From: Thermoflexales bacterium
Lineage (GTDB): Bacteria; Chloroflexota; Anaerolineae; B4-G1
Direction: 5' to 3'
Length of the DNA stretch: 33,075 bases
Assembly (NCBI GenBank): GCA_007118795.1
Contig: SKQX01000218.1
Location: 1 to 33,075 of the forward strand
The position numbers and the translations under genes are program-made. The notes beneath the pieces were generated by a model that saw only the letters and a program-made list of their open reading frames with translations, made no database searches and was not told the DNA's origin. Below are positions 26,834 through 33,075 of the stretch, one piece after another. How positions within the stretch are numbered: the first letter of the stretch is position 1; every line of letters begins with the position of its first letter.

Positions 26834-27820
26834 CTATTCCAGCTTCTCCTTCAATGCATCCCGCAGTGCGGGAACAGCGTCAAAAAGGTCAGCCACAATC
26901 CCGTAGTCAGCGATCTTGAAGATCGGCGCCTCGGGGTCCTTGTTGACGGCAACGATGACCGTGCTGGTACGCATGCCCGCCAGGTGCTGAATCGCCCCGG
27001 AAATCCCGCAAGCGATGTACAGATCGGGACTCACCGTCTTCCCCGTCTGGCCCACCTGATGCTCATATGGGATCCACCCAGCGTCCACCGCAGCGCGGGA
27101 CGCACCGACGGCCCCGTTGAGAAGCTGTGCGAGCTCACGCAAGGGCTCGTACCCGTCAGGACCCGCCACACCACGGCCCCCAGAGACGATGACACCCGCG
27201 TCCGCCAGGCTGACTCCTCCTGCAGTGTCCTTGAACCCAGTCACTTTCACCGCGATCTCGTCTTCGGTCACCGATGGGAGTAACTCAGCGATTTCGCCCT
27301 GGCGGCTGACATCGGGCTCCGGTTTAGGAAAAGCCCGCACTCGTGTCGTGAAGACTTGCGGTCTTCGCTCGGGGATCACGCACCGGGATAGCAGCTTACC
27401 AGCATAGATGGGGCGTGTAGCCATCAGCTCACCATTCTGGAAGTGGAGCTCCGTGCAGTCGGCGACACACCCGGTCTCCAACCTGACCGCCAGGGCCGGA
27501 CCAATCTCGCGGCCACGAAACGTAGCGGCCATAAGGATCGTCCCCGGCTCGTGCTCTCGGACCAGTTGCTGCAGTACCGTCGTATACGGCTCGACCCGGA
27601 AGTCGGCCAGAGTAGGATCCGCAGCCCACAACACTCTGTCTGCACCGTAGGCAACAGCCTCCTCTGCTAGATCCGCCAGCCCGTCACCGCCCAATACACA
27701 GGCTATGACGCCGCCGCCGCCCTCGTCGGCAATCTGACGAGCGACACCGACCGCCTCCCAAGAGGCTGCCGGCGCCTCCCTTTCAAACTGCTCCACCCAC
27801 ACCAAGATATCTCTGCTCAT
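26834..27820 (-). CDS. etfA: Electron transfer flavoprotein alpha subunit
   Basis: SGGRG, GASRAAVDAGW, QVGQTGKTV.P.LYIACGISGAIQH.AGM, AVNKDPEAPIF..ADYG. Confidence 0.96.
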   Translation of the reverse strand: MSRDILVWVEQFEREAPAASWEAVGVARQIADEGGGGVIACVLGGDGLADLAEEAVAYGADRVLWAADPTLADFRVEPYTTVLQQLVREHEPGTILMAATFRGREIGPALAVRLETGCVADCTELHFQNGELMATRPIYAGKLLSRCVIPERRPQVFTTRVRAFPKPEPDVSRQGEIAELLPSVTEDEIAVKVTGFKDTAGGVSLADAGVIVSGGRGVAGPDGYEPLRELAQLLNGAVGASRAAVDAGWIPYEHQVGQTGKTVSPDLYIACGISGAIQHLAGMRTSTVIVAVNKDPEAPIFKIADYGIVADLFDAVPALRDALKEKLE

Positions 27821-27832
27821 ACAGGACGCCTC

Positions 27833-28630
27833 CTAGATCACTTTCTCCGCGAGAATTCTATCTACCAGAATCCTGGCCTCTTCCTCGATGGTCTCGGCCT
27901 CAATGATCTCCGCCTCCGCCTCGCGCGCTGGTGGTTCGAACACCTCCGGCCAGCGTACCCCGGACCCTTGGGGGCCGACCTTCTCCCGGTCCGCACCAAT
28001 GTCCTCCAGCGTCCACAGAGGATACTCCATTTGAGCCGCCTTTCGAATCCCGATGAAGGACGTGTAGCGCGGCTCGTTGATCCCTTTGGTGGTCCCCAGG
28101 ACGGCCGGAAGCGGTGCCTCCACCACCTGTCGTCCTTCCTCCAGGAGCCGCTCCACCGTGATCGATCTCTGCTCTCTGTCAAGCTCGACCAGGTTGATCG
28201 CGTACATCAGCGAGGGCCAGCCCAGCCGCGTGGCGAGCGCCACGCCCGTCTGCCAGGTCTGAGCGTCGATCGCCGACTTACCGCACAGTACCAGATCCAC
28301 GTCACCCATCTTCTCGACTGCCTTCGCGAGGACGTAGCTGGTTGCCAACGTGTCAGAGCCGGCACACGCCTCGTCCCAGACACGAACCGCTTCGTCAGCA
28401 CCCATGGCCACCGCATGCTTGAGAGCCTCGAGGGCCACGTCTGGCCCCATGGAGAGAACGGTGACTGTGCCGCCGTGCTCGTCCCGAAGGCGTAGAGCCT
28501 CTTCCACAGAGTACTCGTCCCACGGGTTGATGATCAGCGGGGAATCCCCCCAAGAGATGTTTCCCTCCTCGTCCACCGACATCTTGGCCTCGGAGTCCGG
28601 CGTGTATTTCGTGCATACCACGATGTGCAA
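27833..28630 (-). CDS. etfB: Electron transfer flavoprotein beta subunit
   Basis: INPWDEYSVEEAL, AMGAD, GSDTLATS, CGKSAID, NEPRY. TTG start at 28630 after AAGGAGGT. Confidence 0.94.
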   Translation of the reverse strand: MHIVVCTKYTPDSEAKMSVDEEGNISWGDSPLIINPWDEYSVEEALRLRDEHGGTVTVLSMGPDVALEALKHAVAMGADEAVRVWDEACAGSDTLATSYVLAKAVEKMGDVDLVLCGKSAIDAQTWQTGVALATRLGWPSLMYAINLVELDREQRSITVERLLEEGRQVVEAPLPAVLGTTKGINEPRYTSFIGIRKAAQMEYPLWTLEDIGADREKVGPQGSGVRWPEVFEPPAREAEAEIIEAETIEEEARILVDRILAEKVI

Positions 28631-28832
28631 AGGATACCTCCTTGTCCGTACCGTCGTACCTGTAGCGGCACATGTGCCCTTCGACGTCAACGGGCACGCT
28701 GACCACATCTTCCTCAAGTCCCGTTCTATGCCCGGTCCCCCCGAGCTCCGTTGTGCACCCCGGGCGCGGCCTCTCTTCCTGTCCCGGCCTACACACGTCC
28801 TAGTGCTTCCATAGGATCACGACCGGCCGCCT

Positions 28833-30059
28833 CTAAGACTTCTCGGTGTACAGCGTGGGCAGGAAATCCTTGCCCAGTAGCTCCCTGGCGATAATCATCC
28901 GCATGACATTGGGTGTACCCTCGGCGCCGATCGAGTAGGAACGAATGCCTCGTATGCCCATCTCGATGGGACATTCCTTCGTATAAGCCATGGCACCGTG
29001 CCAATCAGCCACCTCGTTCATGATGCTGAAACCCAACCTGGGCGCTTTCAACTTCGCCATGGCTGCCGCAAGAGCGATGTCGTGATGGGTCGCCTCTCCG
29101 TCCTGGTACATACGGTCCATCATCCAGGCTGCCTTGTAGGTGGAAAGTCGCACGCCCTCCAGGTCCGTGTATAGGTCCGCCAGGGGGAACTGTATACCCT
29201 CGAAGCTTGCTATGGGCCGCCCGAACGCTTGGCGCAGCTTGATCTGATCCATCCCCATCGCCAACGCGGTCTCGGATGCGCCTACACAGGTAGCCCCGAT
29301 CAGTGTACGCGCCGCCGAGAATCCTTCCATGGCGTGGTAGAACCCCCTATTCAAGTCGCCGACCTGGTGCTCTAGCGGCAGACGCACCTCATCCAGCGCA
29401 AAACCGCCGGTAGAGATACCCATTCTACCCATGTCGTCGAAATAGGTGGGAGCTATACCGTCGGTCCCCTTGAGGGGAAGCGCAAAGAACGTGAACGCCC
29501 GGTGACCGGCAGCCTCATCAAAGTCGGTACGGGTTAGTAGTAGGTGGATACCGCCCCAGTCCAAGGACTCCCGGACGCCGCTGATGTAGACTTTCTCCCC
29601 ATTGAGCACCCAGTGACCATCGTCCCTCTGGGCCCGGGTGCGGCACGCGCCGAGAATGTCGGACCCCCCTCCGGGCTCGGTCGTAGCGATACCCAGAAAG
29701 GCCTCTCCACTGGTCACCCGGGGAAGATACTGCTCCTTAAGCGCCGAGGACCCATACTGATAGAAGATGAAGCCCCAGGCAGCTTCAACCAGGTACATCA
29801 CTGGCACGGCCAGGCTGATGTCAGCCCGTCCCAGTTCCTCCGCCGCGATGGTGGCCATCATCCAGTCAGCCCCCGCACCCCCGTACTCCTCGCCAACTGT
29901 CGGGGCGAGCAACCCCATGTCGGCCATCCCTTTGACAATCTCCCGGGGGATAAACTCCTCTTCGTCGATCTCGCGCACGCGGGGGGCGATCTCGTTCTGC
30001 GCAAAGTCTCGCACGGCGCGCCGCCAGAGGCGCTGCTCGTCGGTCCAACCGAAATCCAT
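28833..30059 (-). CDS. Acyl-CoA dehydrogenase
   Basis: EEYGGAG, EELGRAD, TEPGGGSD, LNGEKVYISG, RQAFGRPI..FEGIQF.LAD, HGAMAY, EGT. ATG 30059 after AAGGAGG. Confidence 0.95.
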   Translation of the reverse strand: MDFGWTDEQRLWRRAVRDFAQNEIAPRVREIDEEEFIPREIVKGMADMGLLAPTVGEEYGGAGADWMMATIAAEELGRADISLAVPVMYLVEAAWGFIFYQYGSSALKEQYLPRVTSGEAFLGIATTEPGGGSDILGACRTRAQRDDGHWVLNGEKVYISGVRESLDWGGIHLLLTRTDFDEAAGHRAFTFFALPLKGTDGIAPTYFDDMGRMGISTGGFALDEVRLPLEHQVGDLNRGFYHAMEGFSAARTLIGATCVGASETALAMGMDQIKLRQAFGRPIASFEGIQFPLADLYTDLEGVRLSTYKAAWMMDRMYQDGEATHHDIALAAAMAKLKAPRLGFSIMNEVADWHGAMAYTKECPIEMGIRGIRSYSIGAEGTPNVMRMIIARELLGKDFLPTLYTEKS

Positions 30060-30331
30060 AGTGTCCTCCTTGATGAACTGGGAAAGTGACGTGCTCACAG
30101 GCCAACCCGGACCCACACCGGCCGACCCGCATCTTGGGTTTGTTGCCAGCGTCGACAGACAGCAACAGCAGGCGCTGATTAACGCCGCCTGAGCCATTCG
30201 ACACGAAAGACAATGATCCGAGGCCACGCGGAAGCCCCCACGGTTCCTTCCGGCCCCCATGTCCAGCGGTCGAAATCGGATAGACGCAGACACGTCTCGC
30301 CCACCGATATAACTGACTGACGGTCATCGCT

Positions 30332-30359
30332 ATTATACTCACATCGGATAGCCGTGCAA
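30332..30359 (-). promoter_or_regulatory. Sigma70-type promoter for the acyl-CoA dehydrogenase-etfBA operon
   Basis: TTGCAC (30359-30354), 16-nt spacer, TATAAT (30337-30332). Confidence 0.62.
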
Positions 30360-30619
30360 ACCCGACCTTCACGTCCCCGTACGCGGCGCTTGAGACCCCG
30401 AGGTTGATTCACCAGCCGTAGCTGCCGTGGCGTTAGCGGGCTTCGACACCCACTCTCGAAGGACAGCAGGGTTTCAGCACCTCAGGGGCCCCGATGGGTC
30501 CCGTTCGGCGCCCCCCAATCATCACCATCTGGAGCCCTGCGCGATGGGTCTACTCCCACCTTCGCCTTCAACCCGTGTCGGGACCTGCGAGCCGCCCCAA
30601 AGCCGACGGATGGGGGTTG

Positions 30620-30647
30620 TTGACACCCTAGCCTGGGCAAGTATAAT
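30620..30647 (+). promoter_or_regulatory. Consensus sigma70 promoter of the deacetylase gene
   Basis: TTGACA (30620-30625), 16-nt spacer, TATAAT (30642-30647). Confidence 0.8.
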
Positions 30648-30689
30648 GGCCTCACCCAACCTGATCGGCTTATCGACCAGACGGCCCGC

Positions 30690-31727
30690 ATGAGTATGTC
30701 CGAGACCGCCTACGTCTATCACCCAATTTATCTGGAGCACGACCAACCGGGGCATCCCGAGAATGCCCGTCGCCTGGAACGCATCCTGCGTACTCTAGAG
30801 CAGGAAGAGATCCTGGGCGACCTGAGACTCCTGGAGCCGCGTCCAGCTTCGGAGCAAGAGCTCTTGAACGTTCACACGCCGCAACACATCGAGAGAATAC
30901 GGCAGTTAGCCGACCAGGGCGGTGGACATATGGATCCGGACACCTATGTCTCCCCGGGGTCCTACGACGCAGCCGCGATGGCCGCTGGCGGCCTGATTGA
31001 GGCGGTGGACCACCTACTCGAAGGCGAACTGCGAAACGGATTTGCGCTCGTACGTCCGCCTGGTCATCATGCCACGGCCACTCGAGCCATGGGCTTCTGT
31101 CTGTTCAACAACGTGGCTCTGGCCGCCCGCTCGGCCCTGCAGGACGAGAGAGTCGAGCGCGTGCTCATCGGAGACTTCGACGTTCACCACGGGAACGGGA
31201 CGCAAGATATCTTTCACGACGACCCAGACGTGTTCTACTTCTCGGCGCATCAATATCCATATTACCCGGGCACAGGAGCCAAGACGGAGATAGGATCTGA
31301 CGCCGGGGAGGGGACGGTGCTCAACGTACCCTTGCCGCCCGGCGTGGGGGACAGCGGCTTTGCCAGGATCGTCGAAGAGTTGGTCTGGCCGCTGGCGGAA
31401 CGCTTCGGCCCGAGCCTCATCCTGGTCTCGGCCGGCTATGACGGTCATTGGGATGATCCCCTGGCCCACATGAGACTATCGCTGACCGGATACGCCAGTC
31501 TCCAGCGCCAGTTGGTCAAGCTTGCCGACCACATCTGCGGTGGGCGGATTCTGTTCACCCTCGAAGGGGGGTATCACCTGAAGGCCCTGGCTTACGGGGT
31601 CTTGAACGGGTTTCTCGCGCTCCTCGGTGAGGACTCCGTCGTGGATCCCCTGGGGCCCGCTCCCCACTCGGAGCGACGGATAGACGCGCTGATCGCAGAG
31701 TTGAAAGACCTGCATCACCTGAGATGA
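30690..31727 (+). CDS. Zn-dependent histone-deacetylase-family amidohydrolase
   Basis: [36 protein letters not shown]...DPL, LEGGY. Confidence 0.96.
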   Translation: MSMSETAYVYHPIYLEHDQPGHPENARRLERILRTLEQEEILGDLRLLEPRPASEQELLNVHTPQHIERIRQLADQGGGHMDPDTYVSPGSYDAAAMAAGGLIEAVDHLLEGELRNGFALVRPPGHHATATRAMGFCLFNNVALAARSALQDERVERVLIGDFDVHHGNGTQDIFHDDPDVFYFSAHQYPYYPGTGAKTEIGSDAGEGTVLNVPLPPGVGDSGFARIVEELVWPLAERFGPSLILVSAGYDGHWDDPLAHMRLSLTGYASLQRQLVKLADHICGGRILFTLEGGYHLKALAYGVLNGFLALLGEDSVVDPLGPAPHSERRIDALIAELKDLHHLR

Positions 31728-31856
31728 CGTGTTCGAAGCCGAAGGACGATCGTTCGGGCCGATCCAGGGCTTGGCTCCTGAAGTTAAGAGGTTGTTCTTT
31801 GGTAGCCTCAGAGAAAACACGGCTTGCACCAGAGGGCGGGCGCGGTGCCGACGAAG

Positions 31857-32027
31857 GAGATCTTCCTCGCTGCGCTCAGAGTGACAATAAGCCCTCGGGG
31901 GGATACCTTGTATATGGAGCGGGCTGCCTGCGGCATTGAGGCGATCGTGAATCCGATGGGGAGGGGTAAGGGGTGAGAGGGGTGACGACTGGGGGGATCC
32001 CTCGTCGCTCTCGCTCCTCGGGACGAC
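31857..32027. repeat. Two REP-like half elements in intergenic DNA
   Basis: GAGATCTTCCTCGCTGCGCTCAGAGTGACA (31857-31886) and GGATCCCTCGTCGCTCTCGCTCCTCGGGACGAC (31995-32027) share a GATC...TCGCT.CGCTC...GAC layout. Confidence 0.4.
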
Positions 32028-32293
32028 GGGCCGCCGATGCCGGGCGCCTGGTTTCTTCGGTAGAGTGCTGAGCGGCGTGGACGCGCGAGCTCGGGAATGG
32101 GAAGTTTCCCAACCGATCGAAACCCGCCCGTGGCTGATGCCTCAGCCGAACGTCGAACTGGCAGCGAATGGGTATCTCGATCAGCGACGGAAGCGATACC
32201 CGGCAGCAGGTCGTCCATCTGCCAGCGCTAAGACACGAGTCACTGGATTAGAGTGGCCAGACAACGATACGTCAGCAGCCTGGAGGTAGAGCT

Positions 32294-33075
32294 ATGAACG
32301 AGATTTCCCTCGCCGAATACCGGCAGCAGATCATGGACGCTATCGACGATGGACGGTATACGGAAGCCGTCGCTGACGGAAGGCACATACTGCAGCACTA
32401 TCCCAAGGACGTGCACGCCTATTGGCTGCTCGGTAGAGCGATGTTCGAGGCAGGTCAGGACGAGCATGCCGCCGACATGTTCAGACGTGTACTGAGCGTC
32501 GACCCCGACCGGATGCTTGCTTGGGTGGGATTGAGCGAGCTGGCCGAGCGGCAAAGTGATCTGGATGCTGCCATTCGGTACCTGGAACGCGCCTTTGAGC
32601 TCGCCACGGACAACGACGGGATCGCAGGCCATCTGCGCCACCTGTACGATGAGTGGGAGGGCCACGATCCCAAACGGCTGCAGCTCACCGGGGGAGCCCT
32701 GGCGCGGCTCTATCTGCGCGGCGATCTCCTCTCGCGGGCCATAGCAGAACTGCGGGGATTGCTCGAGGAACACCCCGATCGGGTGGATCTACGGATGACG
32801 CTGGCCGAAGCGTTGTGGCGGCGCGGCGATCGAATGCAGGCCGCCCAGGCGTGTCAGGAGATTCTTGGGCTGCAACCGTTCAACCTCACAGCCAATCTGA
32901 TCTTGGGCGAGATATGGGCCAGTGATGGACGCGCTGAGGGTAAGCGCTACCTGGAGCGGGCCGAGGAGCTGGATCCGGAGAATGAAGCAGCCCAGGAGCT
33001 ATTCGGCCCCAGCTCCCCGCTCCCTCCCAGGGACCCTCAGATCACACCAGCCGACTACCATGCCACTGTCGAGCC
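32294..33075 (+). CDS. Tetratricopeptide-repeat protein, N-terminal part (runs off the window edge; absent from the ORF track)
   Basis: GGAGGT RBS, ATG 32294, open to the end: MNEISLAEYRQQI...AYWLLGRAMFEAG...FRRVLSVDP...AWVGLS...LERAFEL...LAEALW...LERAEELDP. Confidence 0.9.
   Translation, partial: MNEISLAEYRQQIMDAIDDGRYTEAVADGRHILQHYPKDVHAYWLLGRAMFEAGQDEHAADMFRRVLSVDPDRMLAWVGLSELAERQSDLDAAIRYLERAFELATDNDGIAGHLRHLYDEWEGHDPKRLQLTGGALARLYLRGDLLSRAIAELRGLLEEHPDRVDLRMTLAEALWRRGDRMQAAQACQEILGLQPFNLTANLILGEIWASDGRAEGKRYLERAEELDPENEAAQELFGPSSPLPPRDPQITPADYHATVE

Noticed and set aside
32240-32773. 177-aa minus-strand ORF
   Set aside because: Shadow of the plus-strand TPR gene starting at 32294.

Overview
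GC-rich bacterial chromosomal window, most consistent with Chloroflexota (Anaerolineae-like); this is inferred from protein styles, not tested. It is mostly housekeeping and metabolic. Minus strand: partial Fe-containing alcohol dehydrogenase, SCP2 protein, two small membrane proteins, mfd, pth and an anchored Ig-like protein. Then a plus-strand alpha-glucan block (decayed GH57 C-terminal remnant, large GH13, GH57/DUF3536) followed by an orphan HPPY-motif methyltransferase. A long minus-strand run follows: DUF1841, family III CoA-transferase, DUF503, LipM/LplA-like protein, amrS, a 69-aa ORF, cooT, xth, USP, an XdhD-like Mo/Fe-S enzyme with a truncated FAD-type subunit, glgA, a 59-aa membrane protein absent from the ORF track, etfA, etfB and an acyl-CoA dehydrogenase. 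It ends with a divergent HDAC-family gene and a partial TPR protein. I saw no rRNA, tRNA, CRISPR array, transposase or integrase, and I cannot claim a clearly new multi-gene system. Best leads: the apparently flavin-site-deficient partner of the Mo enzyme, the HPPY methyltransferase, the NPD-motif GH13, the cooT/small ORF/amrS coupling and the 59-aa ORF upstream of glgA. All family calls come from motif recognition without database searches.
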